Source of the DNA: Phycisphaerae bacterium
Lineage (GTDB): Bacteria > Planctomycetota > Phycisphaerae > UBA1845 > JANYLN01
Reading direction: 5' to 3'
Assembly: GCA_041687575.1 (NCBI GenBank)
Contig: JAWLBS010000005.1
Span: forward strand, 1-48,960
DNA: 48,960 nt
The position numbers and the translations under genes were made by a program. Below are positions 20,549 to 39,124 of the stretch, piece by piece; within the stretch, counting starts at the first letter, position 1, and every line of letters starts with the position of its first letter. The notes beneath the pieces were generated by a model. It worked only from the letters and a program-made list of their open reading frames with translations, did not search any database and was not told the DNA's origin.

Positions 20549-20860
20549 CTAGAACAGGTCGATGTGGTAGTCCGGATGGAGGGTCACCGCCGCCTTCTTC
20601 GTCTCGGCCGTCGTGCCGATGCTGTGGCGGTATCGCCGGCGCTTCCCGGGCCGACGCCCCGTCCGAACGTCCATTACCTTGACACCGTAAATCCGCTCCA
20701 CCGCGTCCCGGATCTGGGCCTTGTTCGCCTTGGGATGCACCTGGAAGGTGTAGGTCCCGCCTCTGGCCGGCTTGCTGGTCGTCTCATCGAAACGACGGCC
20801 GCTCAGCCAGACGCTCTTCTCGGTAATCAGCGGCTTAACGATAGTTTCGTATGCGTCCAT
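20549..20860 (-). CDS. rplW: 50S ribosomal protein L23
   Basis: PLITEKS, YTFQVHPKANK, KKAAVTL. Confidence 0.96.
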   Translation of the reverse strand: MDAYETIVKPLITEKSVWLSGRRFDETTSKPARGGTYTFQVHPKANKAQIRDAVERIYGVKVMDVRTGRRPGKRRRYRHSIGTTAETKKAAVTLHPDYHIDLF

Positions 20861-20881
20861 GACAGTTAAGTACCTCGGGTC

Positions 20882-21547
20882 TTACGAAGCCGCGGGCTCG
20901 CTCTGCAGCGCCGCAGACGGCTTGAGCGGACTGGCCGCAAACGCCTGGAACGCCTCTTTCGTGAACAAAACAAGGCGGTGTCGCAGCACGTTGTAGGCGT
21001 TCAGCTGCGCCACCGTCGTAACCGTCACACCATCGATGTTGCGGCCGCTCTTGTAAAGCGTCAGGTCGTAGCCGGCCGTCACCAGCAGACACGACGCACC
21101 GTAGGCCTGCAGGGCCTTGAGCACCGCGGCGAAGTCCCTGGTCCTGGGGACGTCAAAGGCCATGCCATCGACGACCTTGACCTCCTGGTCCACCAGCTTC
21201 GCCAGCACCGCGTTGGCCCGCGCCAGCCGCCGCATCTTCTCCGGCATGTCCTTGGTGAAGTCTCGCGGGACCAGCTGGAACGAGATACCGCCGCCCCGCC
21301 GGATCGGCGAACGGACAGGACCCATCCGCGCGTTGCCCGTGTGCTTCTGCTTGTAGATCTTGCGGGTCGACCCCTCGACCTGGCCGCGGCTCTTTTTGGC
21401 CACCGTCCCGAGTCGCTGGTTCGATTCGTACATGACGATGGCCTGCTTGAGCAGGCGCGCCCGCACCCTGCCGCCGAGCTGCTCCTCGTCGATCTGGAGC
21501 GTCTCGACCTGCTGGCCGTCTCGGTTATATACCGCTACATCGATCAT
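20882..21547 (-). CDS. rplD: 50S ribosomal protein L4
   Basis: KQKHTGNARMG..RSP..RGGG. Confidence 0.97.
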   Translation of the reverse strand: MIDVAVYNRDGQQVETLQIDEEQLGGRVRARLLKQAIVMYESNQRLGTVAKKSRGQVEGSTRKIYKQKHTGNARMGPVRSPIRRGGGISFQLVPRDFTKDMPEKMRRLARANAVLAKLVDQEVKVVDGMAFDVPRTRDFAAVLKALQAYGASCLLVTAGYDLTLYKSGRNIDGVTVTTVAQLNAYNVLRHRLVLFTKEAFQAFAASPLKPSAALQSEPAAS

Positions 21548-21601
21548 GACCCGGCACTCAACAATCTGTATCCCGTCGTATATCCGTCAACTCTAGCCGA
21601 T

Positions 21602-22291
21602 TTACTTCTTCTTCTTGCCCGTCTCGGGCGGGGCCTCACGCGGCGGCACAACCGCCTGGCGGACCAGCACATAACCGCCGTTGGGACCGGGCACGCTGCC
21701 GGACACGACCAGCAGGTTGTGCTCCGGAACCACCCGCAACACCTTCAGACTCCGCGTGGTGATGTTGACGTGGCCCATGTGGCCGGCCATCGGCTTGCCC
21801 TTTTTGGGGCCACCGGTGCCGCCCCGCTCGGTCCCGTAACTGGAGATCGAACCCGGGCTGCGGTGCTTGCGCTCGGTGCCGTGCGAGGCCGGCTGGCCGC
21901 CGAAGCCCCACCGTTTCATCACACCTTGGAATCCCTTGCCCTTGGTCACGCCGGCAACGTCGACATACTTGACTTCCTGCTCGGTGAAGTCGCTGACGCT
22001 GACCGCCTGGCCGACCTCGCGGTCGGTGGGCGCCTCCAGCCGGATCTCGCGGATGAAGCGCTTGGGAGTCGCACCAGCCTTGGCACAGTGACCGATCTGC
22101 GACATGCTCGCCCGTTTGGGCTTGGCATCGTCATAGCCGATCTGAACCGCGTCGTAGCCGTCGGTTTCCTGCGTCTTGACCTGCAGGATCGGGCAGGGAC
22201 CGGCCTGGATCACCGTCGCCGGCACCATCGCGCCCTGCTGATCGTAAACGCGAGTCATGCCCACCTTTTTGCCGAGTATCGCCGCAATCAT
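21602..22291 (-). CDS. rplC: 50S ribosomal protein L3
   Basis: LGKKVGMT, DGYDAVQ, KGKGFQGVMKR, MAGHMG. Confidence 0.97.
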   Translation of the reverse strand: MIAAILGKKVGMTRVYDQQGAMVPATVIQAGPCPILQVKTQETDGYDAVQIGYDDAKPKRASMSQIGHCAKAGATPKRFIREIRLEAPTDREVGQAVSVSDFTEQEVKYVDVAGVTKGKGFQGVMKRWGFGGQPASHGTERKHRSPGSISSYGTERGGTGGPKKGKPMAGHMGHVNITTRSLKVLRVVPEHNLLVVSGSVPGPNGGYVLVRQAVVPPREAPPETGKKKK

Positions 22292-22467
22292 GAGCGAATA
22301 ACCTCACCGTCAGTCTTACCGTTGCCGACACGTGCACCAATGCACGCACCGGACGCGGGACCGTCCTTGTCACAATGCCCGCAGCCGCCAGACAACCCGG
22401 CCGCGAGAGGCCTGCCTTGGCTTGTTCAGCCGGTCAGACCACACTAGCCATGTCAGACGTAAAGGCG

Positions 22468-22776
22468 TCAGGCCTTGATCTTGATAAACACACCCGCCGG
22501 AACCACCAGGCGGTTCAAGGCCTCAATCGTCCGCGCCGTCGGCTCGTCGATGTCGATAAGCCGCTTGTGCGTACGAATCTCAAACTGCTCGCGAGACTTC
22601 TTGTCGATGTGGGGCGAACGCAGAACCGTGTACCGCTCGATGTGCGTCGGAAGGGGAACAGGCCCCCGAACCTTCGCGCCTGTCCGCTTCGCGTGGTCCA
22701 CGATCTCTTTGGCAGATGAATCGAGCGCACGATGATCGTACGCCTCCATCCGTATCCGTATCCTTTCGCCCTGCAT
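22468..22776 (-). CDS. rpsJ: 30S ribosomal protein S10
   Basis: [33 protein letters not shown]. Confidence 0.97.
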   Translation of the reverse strand: MQGERIRIRMEAYDHRALDSSAKEIVDHAKRTGAKVRGPVPLPTHIERYTVLRSPHIDKKSREQFEIRTHKRLIDIDEPTARTIEALNRLVVPAGVFIKIKA

Positions 22777-22839
22777 CCTCGCTGCACTCCAAGAAGTTCA
22801 CACCGCCAGTATCAACCCTGACAAGGCGGCAGATCGTAC

Positions 22840-22867
22840 ATCCTAACGCTACAGCAACGTATGTCAA
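22840..22867 (-). promoter_or_regulatory. Sigma70-like promoter of the S10 operon
   Basis: TTGACA-N16-TAGGAT about 65 nt upstream of rpsJ. Confidence 0.55.
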
Positions 22868-23205
22868 CTGCCTGGCAGGAAATCCTAACAGCATTCGAAA
22901 AAACGCCAGGATATCCTCATCGGAGAGGCCCGCATGCAGCACCCGAACCAACCGAATCGGCTATCATACGAATAACCGCCCCAAAGTCCAGCGCCGCCGC
23001 GACTGCCTCGCAGAATCACGCGGGGGTCGCAAACTTCGGCAGCACCAGCCGCCCGTGCGCGGACCGCCGGCACCACAAGAAGATGCTCCTGCACAGGCGC
23101 ACGGCCACAAGATGTTGCGGTATTGAAAGGGCTCGCGCAGACACACGAACGCCTCGGGAACGAATCCCCCCACAAAAGCCTGCGGGGGACCGACCCGCCG
23201 CCAAC

Positions 23206-25284
23206 TTAGACCTCTTGCAGCAGCACGTCGGCTACCTGCACCGGCACGGCGGCAAAGTGCGAAGGCTCCATCACCCACGCCGCGCGGCCCTGCGTCAGGC
23301 TCCGCAGCGTCGTCGAGTATCCGAACATCTCCGCCAGCGGCACCTCGGCGTGGATCACCCGACGGTCCAGGCGCACGTGCGTGTCCGTCACCGACGCCCG
23401 ACGCGAGTGCATGTCGCCGATCACCGACCCGAAGTACTCGTCCGGAACCGTCACCTCCAGCCGCATGATCGGCTCGAGCAGCCCCAGCCCCGCCTGCTGG
23501 CACACCTGCCTGAAGCCGATCATCCCCGCGTTCTCGAACGCCAGGTCCGACGAGTCGACCGGGTGCTCCTTGCCGTCCAGAAGCGTCACCTTCGCATTGA
23601 TCACCGGGTAGCCGGCCAGAACGCCGCCCTGGGCGGCCTCCCGGACGCCCGCCTCCACCGCCTTGATGTACTGCCGGCTGAGCGCCCCGCCCGTGATCTT
23701 GTTCTCGAAAGCGATATGATCCTCGCCCTCGCCCGGCTGGTACGGCTCGACCATCAGCTCCGCCACGGCGAACTGCCCGTGCCCGCCGGTCTGGCGGATG
23801 AACTTGGTCTCGGTCCGGGCCGTGCCGGTGACCGTTTCGCGGTAGCTCACCCGCGGCCGACCGACCCGCACGCCGACGTTCATGTCCCGTTCCAGGCGGT
23901 GCGTCATGATCTCCAGGTGCAACTCGCCCATCCCCGCGATCAGCATCTGCCCCGTCTCCGGGTCCACACGCCAGTCGAAGGTCGGGTCCTGCCGGGACAA
24001 CGCCGCCAGCGCCTCGGCCAGCCGGTCGCGGTCGCCGGAGCTCTTCGGCTCGACGGCCATGCTGATGACCGTTTCAGGGAACTCGATCTTCTCAAGCACG
24101 ACCTCGTGCTTCGGGTCGCACAACGTATCGCCCGTCTGACAGTCGCGCAGCCCGACGATCGCGACGATGTCGCCCACCCGGGCCTCCTGGATCGCCTCGC
24201 GGCGCTTGGCGAACACGCGGAAGATCCGGCTGACATTCTCCTTCTTGCGCCTGCTGGCGTTGTAGATGCGAGAGCCGCTCTTGAGCACACCCGAGTAAAT
24301 CCGCACGAAGTTCAGGTCGACCGGCTTGTCGGCCACCACCTTGAACAGCAGCGCGCACAGCGGCTCATCGTCATCCGGCCTGCAGAGGATCTCCGTCTCC
24401 GGATCGTCCGGGTCTTGTCCCTTGACCGGCGGCATGTCCAGCGGGCTGGGCAGGAAGTCGACCACGCCATTGAGAAGCCGCTGAATGCCGATGAACTTCA
24501 GGGCCGACCCGCAGTAAACCGGCTGCGCCTGGTTGGTCACCGTCGCCCGCCGCAGGGCGGCCTTGAGCTCCTCGACCGGGATCGGCTGCTCGTGGATGTA
24601 CTTGTCCATCAGCGTGTCGCATGTCTCGGCGACCTTCTCTTCCAGCAGGTGGCGCCACTTGCGAGCCAGGTCCATCATCTCTTCGGGGATATCCTGCTCG
24701 TGCCAGCGGCTGCCGAAGGACTCCGGCTTGAAGTACACGGCCTTCATCGAGATCAGGTCGATCAGCCCCTCGAAGTCCGATGATGCGCCGATCGGGATCT
24801 GCACGGGAACCGGGTTGGCCAGGAGCCGTTCCCGAATCTCCTCGACGCAACTGAAAAAATCCGCCCCGATCTTGTCCATCTTGTTGATCAGGCACAGCCG
24901 GGGCACTTCATACTTGCTCGCCTGCCGCCAGACCGTCTCGCTCTGCGCCTCGACCCCCTCCTTGGCGTCGAAGACCGCCACCGCCCCGTCGAGCACGCGC
25001 ATGGAGCGCTCGACCTCGGCGGTGAAGTCCACGTGGCCGGGCGTGTCGATCAGGTTGACCGTGTGGCCGTCCCACTCCAGGCTCACCGCGGCCGAATAGA
25101 TCGTGATACCGCGCGCCTGCTCCTCGGGGTCGAAATCAGTGGTGGCCGTCCCCTCGTGGACCTCGCCCATGCGGTGGATCCGGCCGGCATAGTAGAGAAT
25201 GCGCTCGGTGGTGGTGGTCTTGCCCGCATCGATGTGGGCGGCGATGCCGATGTTCCTGGTCTTGGCTAACGGGTCGGATTTCAT
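23206..25284 (-). CDS. fusA: Elongation factor G (divergent str-operon copy)
   Basis: RNIGIAAHIDAGKTT, RGITI, DTPGHVDF, NKMD, GMGELHLEI, LAEMFGYST.LRS.TQGR; start taken as ATG 25284. Confidence 0.95.
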   Translation of the reverse strand: MKSDPLAKTRNIGIAAHIDAGKTTTTERILYYAGRIHRMGEVHEGTATTDFDPEEQARGITIYSAAVSLEWDGHTVNLIDTPGHVDFTAEVERSMRVLDGAVAVFDAKEGVEAQSETVWRQASKYEVPRLCLINKMDKIGADFFSCVEEIRERLLANPVPVQIPIGASSDFEGLIDLISMKAVYFKPESFGSRWHEQDIPEEMMDLARKWRHLLEEKVAETCDTLMDKYIHEQPIPVEELKAALRRATVTNQAQPVYCGSALKFIGIQRLLNGVVDFLPSPLDMPPVKGQDPDDPETEILCRPDDDEPLCALLFKVVADKPVDLNFVRIYSGVLKSGSRIYNASRRKKENVSRIFRVFAKRREAIQEARVGDIVAIVGLRDCQTGDTLCDPKHEVVLEKIEFPETVISMAVEPKSSGDRDRLAEALAALSRQDPTFDWRVDPETGQMLIAGMGELHLEIMTHRLERDMNVGVRVGRPRVSYRETVTGTARTETKFIRQTGGHGQFAVAELMVEPYQPGEGEDHIAFENKITGGALSRQYIKAVEAGVREAAQGGVLAGYPVINAKVTLLDGKEHPVDSSDLAFENAGMIGFRQVCQQAGLGLLEPIMRLEVTVPDEYFGSVIGDMHSRRASVTDTHVRLDRRVIHAEVPLAEMFGYSTTLRSLTQGRAAWVMEPSHFAAVPVQVADVLLQEV

Positions 25285-25314
25285 GGTATCACTCGTAAGT
25301 TTCACGGCCGGTCC

Positions 25315-25418
25315 AAAAAGAAAAAGAGCCCGCAGGCCTTGTCCAGATCCCCGAGCGTCAGGCGGCGGTTTTTCGCCGCCAGGACATCCCGATGGACTGA
25401 CAACCCCTGCAGGCCCTT
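25315..25418 (-). terminator. Long hairpin plus U-tract immediately upstream of fusA (attenuator-like terminator)
   Basis: GGGCCTGCAGG pairs with CCTGCGGGCTC around an inner stem GGCGGCG/CGCCGCC, followed by TTTTTCTTTTT about 30 nt before the fusA ATG. Confidence 0.55.
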
Positions 25419-25731
25419 TCGCAGTCGCACATTACGACTCGGGACTTCCCGCACACATCGCTCGCGTCGATGCGTGCAGGGTCACCGCATCAGCGCGAGC
25501 CGCAAGCGCCTTGTGTGTTCAATGTTCCGTCTCCTTTGGAATGAGACGCCATACAGCGTCTCAACCAGCGACGTCCGGTAACAGCACTCAGGCCCATTGT
25601 CACCCGCCATCGTACAGGCCGGGCGTTCATTTCGTATGAGATAATCTACAACATTCTATGGGATCTGCCCACACGTCGACCCGCACCCGACAATTCGAAC
25701 CCCGGGGTCCGGGCCGCCGCGGCCAGGCCAT

Positions 25732-26211
25732 CTAGCGCCAGGCGAAGTGGGCAAAGGCCTTGTTGGCCTCGGCCATGCGGTGGACGTTCTCGCGCATCGT
25801 GTAGGCCGTGCCCTCGCGGTTGAGGGCATCCACCAGCTCGGTCGCGATCTTCTGCGCCATTGGACGGCCCTTCTTGCTCCGGGCGGCGTTGATCATCCAG
25901 CGGATCGCCAGCGACTGCTGACGCCGCGGGTTGACCGGCATCGGGACCTGGTAGTTCGAACCACCGACGCGCCGGCTGCGAACCTCGACGTTCGGCTTGA
26001 CGTTCGACAGGGCGGTCTCGAAGACCTCGATGCTTGGCATGTCCTTGACCCGTTTTTCGACGAGATCAAGCGCATCATACATGATCTTCAGCGCGGTCGC
26101 CTTCTTGCCGCGCTCCATCATGCAGTTCGTGAACTTCGTGAGCAGCTTCGAACCGTGCTTGGCGTCCGGCACCAACTGCTCGATCGACTTGGTTCTTTTG
26201 TTTCTTCCCAT
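25732..26211 (-). CDS. rpsG: 30S ribosomal protein S7
   Basis: EVRSRRVGGSNYQVP, HRMAEANKAFAHF. Confidence 0.97.
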   Translation of the reverse strand: MGRNKRTKSIEQLVPDAKHGSKLLTKFTNCMMERGKKATALKIMYDALDLVEKRVKDMPSIEVFETALSNVKPNVEVRSRRVGGSNYQVPMPVNPRRQQSLAIRWMINAARSKKGRPMAQKIATELVDALNREGTAYTMRENVHRMAEANKAFAHFAWR

Positions 26212-26264
26212 TCTCGTTCACCCGGATGCATCGGCGAGGCGGTCAGCCCCGCGCTTGTGCCTGA

Positions 26265-26660
26265 TTACTTCTTCTTCGCCCGCTTGACGCCGTACTTGCT
26301 GCGACTGCGGTTCCGCGGCCGGCCGTCCTTGTCGTTCTGCACGCCCGCGCAGTCCAGCGTGCCCCGCACGATGTGGTACCGCACGCCCGGCAGGTCGCGG
26401 ACACGCCCGCCACGAACCAGCACCACCGAGTGCTCCTGCAGGTTGTGGTCAACGCCCGGAATGTACGCCGTGACCTCGCGGCCGTTGCTGAGCCGCACAC
26501 GGGCCACCTTCCGCAGCGCCGAGTTCGGCTTCTTCGGCGTCATCGTCTTGACCTGCAGGCACACGCCGCGCTTCTGGCCGCAGCTCTCCAGGTCGCTGGA
26601 GCGGCTCTTCTTGAGCACCTTCGTCCGCCCGTGGCGGACCAGTTGTTGGATCGTTGGCAT
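26265..26660 (-). CDS. rpsL: 30S ribosomal protein S12
   Basis: [37 protein letters not shown]. Confidence 0.98.
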   Translation of the reverse strand: MPTIQQLVRHGRTKVLKKSRSSDLESCGQKRGVCLQVKTMTPKKPNSALRKVARVRLSNGREVTAYIPGVDHNLQEHSVVLVRGGRVRDLPGVRYHIVRGTLDCAGVQNDKDGRPRNRSRSKYGVKRAKKK

Positions 26661-26763
26661 TCAGAATCTCCATCCTTCAAGGCCGCGGCTGCCATCGGCA
26701 TCGGCCGATCCGGCGGCCCGATCTTGCACGCTGCTAAGGCTCCTGCTCAATCGGTAGCCCCTA

Positions 26764-26792
26764 GTTATACCCAATGCCGCCGGCAAACGCAA
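26764..26792 (-). promoter_or_regulatory. Sigma70-like promoter of the str operon
   Basis: TTGCGT-N17-TATAAC about 100 nt upstream of rpsL. Confidence 0.55.
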
Positions 26793-26826
26793 ACGTTTGC
26801 GCCGATTCCCTCGGTCCCGCATTTGA

Positions 26827-26950
26827 CGAGCCGCGACCGTAAGGGAGCGGTAAGCCCAGCCGGTGCCACAGCCTGCACCCCGCACAGCACGACCCTGCCT
26901 GCGCAGGGCCGTGGAAGCACCCGAAGGCATCTTTCGCCCTGACGGGGCCT
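26827..26950. repeat. REP-like repeats in the rpoC-rpsL spacer
   Basis: acgagccgcgaccgtaagggagcggt (matches ~5688-5713 inverted); cacgaccctgc..gcagggccgtgg..gcacccga (family of 4921-4998); gccctgacggggc. Confidence 0.65.
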
Positions 26951-26990
26951 TGGCGGGCACAGCCCGCCCTACACCGGCCGGCGGTGCGGG

Positions 26991-31409
<4,419 letters not shown>

Positions 31410-31499
31410 CAACCGACCTTCCTTTCTTTATTCGATTCACCCGCTCAGGCGGGTGCGTTCTTCCATCATGCAATCACAACCGCTGGATCCGGGCCGGGT

Positions 31500-31553
31500 G
31501 CCCGGGTGCCGGGTGCCATGGCTGCGCTGTTGGCGACCATGGAATCCCGCGGA
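31500..31553. repeat. REP-like palindrome in the rpoB-rpoC spacer
   Basis: ccgggtgccatggc...ccatggaatcccgcgga is the reverse complement of the unit at ~5941-5985. Confidence 0.65.
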
Positions 31554-31628
31554 GGGGAGTTGTCTCCCGATCCCGCGGTCCCCGCCGGTGCCCCTGCGCC
31601 TCCCGGCGTGCGAGGCACCGCACAGGCG

Positions 31629-36152
<4,524 letters not shown>

Positions 36153-36435
36153 GTCTCGACCTCGTCTGGTTGGACAGCCCCGAACGGGTCACGCACCGGC
36201 CCCGGCCAAACGAAAAACACCGCCGCATGACAACACGCCCCCTGCAAGGGAGGATTCGTGCCTTGCGACGGTTTGGCCAACAGCCTTGGCGTAACTCGTC
36301 AAAAGCGTTCCTCTTGAACGTTTCTTGCGACTTATTCTCAGGTGGGACCCGCTACTGCCCGCTCAGCGCCATCTGAAGCAGCCATATGTCCCGGTTAACA
36401 GGCTGGTTCCCGCGCCAAGTATGGATGAGCTCCGT

Positions 36436-36463
36436 ATTATAGGCCAGCCCGCAAATGCGTCAA
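36436..36463 (-). promoter_or_regulatory. Sigma70-like promoter for rpoBC
   Basis: TTGACG-N16-TATAAT about 280 nt upstream of rpoB. Confidence 0.7.
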
Positions 36464-36478
36464 GGCCCCCGCGGGCAG

Positions 36479-36526
36479 AAAAAACAAACCCGGGCGAACC
36501 AGCATTCCTGCCGGCCCGCCCGGGTT
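36479..36526 (-). terminator. Intrinsic terminator after rplL
   Basis: AACCCGGGCG...CGCCCGGGTT followed by TGTTTTTT on the minus strand. Confidence 0.6.
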
Positions 36527-36642
36527 CATATCTGCTTGCAGTTCAGGAAGTTCGAGCAACACCCCGCATCATCTGCCAACGAGCCGCGACCGTAAAGTCG
36601 CGGCAAACCCGCGGATGCGCGCCCGCGCCGCCCCGTCGAGCC

Positions 36643-37062
36643 TTACTTGCCCTTGACCTCGACCTCGCCGCCGGCTTCCTTCAGCTCGGCCTCGAGCTTC
36701 TCGGCCTCTTCCTTGCTCAGGTTTTCCTTGACCGCCTTGGGCGCGCTGTCGACCAGGTCCTTGGCTTCCTTCAGGCCCAGGCTCGTCGCCGCGCGGACGA
36801 CCTTGATCACCTGGATCTTCTTGTCGCCAGCCGCCTTGAGGATCACGTCGAAGCTGGTCGGCTCGGCCTCTTCCTCAGCGGGAGCGCCGCCCGCCGGACC
36901 CGCCATCATCACCGCGCCGCCCGCCGGCTCGATGTTGTATTCCTGCTTCAGGTAATCAACCAGGTCCTGCGCCTGCTTGATCGTCAGGCTGACGATCTTG
37001 TCGCCCAGCTCCTTGGTTTCCGCGCTGAATTCCTTGGCCGGTGCTTCCGGTGCTTCTGCCAT
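36643..37062 (-). CDS. rplL: 50S ribosomal protein L7/L12
   Basis: [25 protein letters not shown]; start ATG 37062. Confidence 0.97.
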   Translation of the reverse strand: MAEAPEAPAKEFSAETKELGDKIVSLTIKQAQDLVDYLKQEYNIEPAGGAVMMAGPAGGAPAEEEAEPTSFDVILKAAGDKKIQVIKVVRAATSLGLKEAKDLVDSAPKAVKENLSKEEAEKLEAELKEAGGEVEVKGK

Positions 37063-37181
37063 CACACACTCTCCACTCGCTATCGCTACCATCTTGCGCC
37101 TGCCGGATAGCCGAGATCCCGTTGACCCCGTTTAACCCTTTCGGGGCAGTCCGCGGCGAAGCGCTTGTTTCATCCGTTCCG

Positions 37182-37742
37182 TCAGGCTGCTTCGGTCGCC
37201 TCGGCTGCCTCGGCACCCTCGCCGCCTTCGGCCTTGGCGACAATCGCCTTGAGGCAACCGGCGATCCTGCCCGCCGGGCCGCCCATGCAGCCGACCAGCT
37301 TGCGGGCCGGGCCGATCACACAGCCCAGCACGTCCGCATGCATCTCGCGCCGGCCCTTCATTTCGGCGATGCGGGTCACCGGGATCAGCTCCGGATCGCC
37401 CTCGATCACGCCGAACTCCAGCTCCATCTTGGCGAACTCGCGCTCCCTTGAGGCCGCCACGACTTCCTTGGCCACGTCGATGACCGACTCGCCGCCGCAC
37501 ACCAGGGCCGACGGGCCCTCAAGACCCTTCGCCAGCGGCTCCAGGGGCTTGCCCTTCAGAGCCACCCGCGCCAGGGTGTTCTTGACGACGTGCAGCTCGA
37601 TGCCCTTGGCGTGCAGCCGGCGACGCAGATTGTTGTTCGCAACCGCGTTCAGACCGATGATCCGCACCACCAGGGCGCTGTCCCGGTCACCGTACCGCTT
37701 GACCAGCTCGTCGACGATATAGGTTTTCAGCTGCTTGCTCAT
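37182..37742 (-). CDS. rplJ: 50S ribosomal protein L10
   Basis: GLNAV..NNLRRRL, VVKNTLAR, LEGPSAL; lies between rplA and rplL. Confidence 0.93.
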   Translation of the reverse strand: MSKQLKTYIVDELVKRYGDRDSALVVRIIGLNAVANNNLRRRLHAKGIELHVVKNTLARVALKGKPLEPLAKGLEGPSALVCGGESVIDVAKEVVAASREREFAKMELEFGVIEGDPELIPVTRIAEMKGRREMHADVLGCVIGPARKLVGCMGGPAGRIAGCLKAIVAKAEGGEGAEAAEATEAA

Positions 37743-37770
37743 GTTCCATCCTCGCTCCGGCAACCCGGAA

Positions 37771-38484
37771 TTACGCCGCCACCGGCACCACCGTCTGGAC
37801 CTCGACCGCCGGGGTCATCGTCGCCTTGATGCACACCTTCTTGACGAACGTCCCCTTGGCCGCCGCCGGCCGCATCCGGCGGATGTGCTCCATGAATGCC
37901 TCGATATTCTGCTTGAGCGACTCGTCGGTGAAACTCACCTTGCCGACCAGGGCGTGGATGTTGCCGCCCGCATCGTTGCGGAACTCGACCTTACCCGCCG
38001 CATAGTCCCGCACGGCCGTCTCGACATCCGCCGTAACCGTGCCGCTCTTGGGCGAGGGCATCTTGCCCTGCGGACCGAGGATCCGGCCGAGGCGACCCAC
38101 CCGGCCCATCAGCGAGGGGTGGGAGACCGCCACGTCGAAGTCCGTCCAGCCGCCCTGGACCTTCTGGATCAGCTCGTCGCCGCCGACTTCCACCGCGCCG
38201 GCCTCGCGGGCCTTCTCGGCCTGCTCGCCCTCAGCGAAGGCGATGACCCGGCGGCTTTTGCCGATGCCGTTGGGAAGGCTCACCGAGCCGCGAAGCATCT
38301 GGTCGGCCTGCTTCGGGTCGATGCCCAGGTTCATGGCGACTTCGACGCTCTGGTCGAACTTGGTAGGGGCCGCGGCGACCATCTCCTTGATCATCTTGAT
38401 CGCCTCGTCCAGCAGCTGGGCGCTGCCCAGCCGCTCGGCCACCGCTTCAGTGGCCTTTGCGTACCGCTTGCTTCGTTCTCGCAT
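37771..38484 (-). CDS. rplA: 50S ribosomal protein L1
   Basis: KFDQSVE, LPNGIGK, LGPQGKMPSPKSGTV. Confidence 0.97.
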   Translation of the reverse strand: MRERSKRYAKATEAVAERLGSAQLLDEAIKMIKEMVAAAPTKFDQSVEVAMNLGIDPKQADQMLRGSVSLPNGIGKSRRVIAFAEGEQAEKAREAGAVEVGGDELIQKVQGGWTDFDVAVSHPSLMGRVGRLGRILGPQGKMPSPKSGTVTADVETAVRDYAAGKVEFRNDAGGNIHALVGKVSFTDESLKQNIEAFMEHIRRMRPAAAKGTFVKKVCIKATMTPAVEVQTVVPVAA

Positions 38485-38536
38485 GTTCGTGCTCCCACTG
38501 TTATTCAAGCCCGTGGTCGGGCCTTCTGGTTGTCAC

Positions 38537-38558
38537 GTAGGGTGGGCTATTGCCCACC
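38537..38558 (+). repeat. GTAG-type REP element
   Basis: GTAG-GGTGGGC-tatt-GCCCACC: GTAG tetranucleotide followed by a palindrome, in the rplK-rplA spacer. Confidence 0.65.
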
Positions 38559-38665
38559 AATCTTTTCCATCGAATCCCCGCCGGGTATCACAGTCCTGCG
38601 GTCGTGCCCCCTGCGGCGTAGCCTCTGGCGAAGCCGGGGGCAGCGGCCTGCGGGTCCAACGTCCA

Positions 38666-39094
38666 TCAATCGACGACGTCCAGCCCCATGCTGCGGGCGG
38701 TGCCCGCGACGATGTTCGAGGCGGCCTCGACGTTGAAGGCGTTCAGGTCGGCCATCTTGCGCTCCGCGATCTCGCGGACCTGCGCCGTGGTAACCTGCCC
38801 GACCTTGTTACGGTTCGGCTCGCCCGAGCCCTTCTCGATCTTGGCCGCCATCCGCAGCAATACGCTGGCGGGGGGGCTCTTGACCACGAACTCGAACGTC
38901 CGGTCGCCATACACGGAGATCACCACCGGGACGGTGATGCCCTGCAGGTCGCCGCCCGTGCGGGCGTTGAACTGCTGGATGAACTGCCCGATGTTCACGC
39001 CGTGCTGGCCGAGTGCCGGTCCGATGGGCGGGGCGGGAGTCGCCTGTCCACCGCGGGCCTGCAATTTGATCTTCGCCGTTACTTCCTTCGCCAT
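38666..39094 (-). CDS. rplK: 50S ribosomal protein L11
   Basis: [31 protein letters not shown]. Confidence 0.97.
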   Translation of the reverse strand: MAKEVTAKIKLQARGGQATPAPPIGPALGQHGVNIGQFIQQFNARTGGDLQGITVPVVISVYGDRTFEFVVKSPPASVLLRMAAKIEKGSGEPNRNKVGQVTTAQVREIAERKMADLNAFNVEAASNIVAGTARSMGLDVVD

Positions 39095-39124
39095 CTTTCG
39101 AAACCCTCTATCGGTTACCGCCGG

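Noticed and set aside
23070-23125. NrdR-box-like ccacaagatgttgcg in the fusA-rpsJ spacer
   Set aside because: Imperfect match with no nrd gene nearby.
25460-25500. Group II intron domain V look-alike (GATGCGGTGACCCTGCACGCATC on the minus strand)
   Set aside because: Lacks a properly placed AGC/CGC triad helix and domain VI, and there is no RT gene; it folds better as a simple hairpin.
25400-25522. Selenocysteine read-through of the fusA leader uORF TGA into a Cys-rich frame
   Set aside because: No recognisable protein family or canonical bacterial SECIS; the Cys richness is explained by tgc/gca-rich stems.
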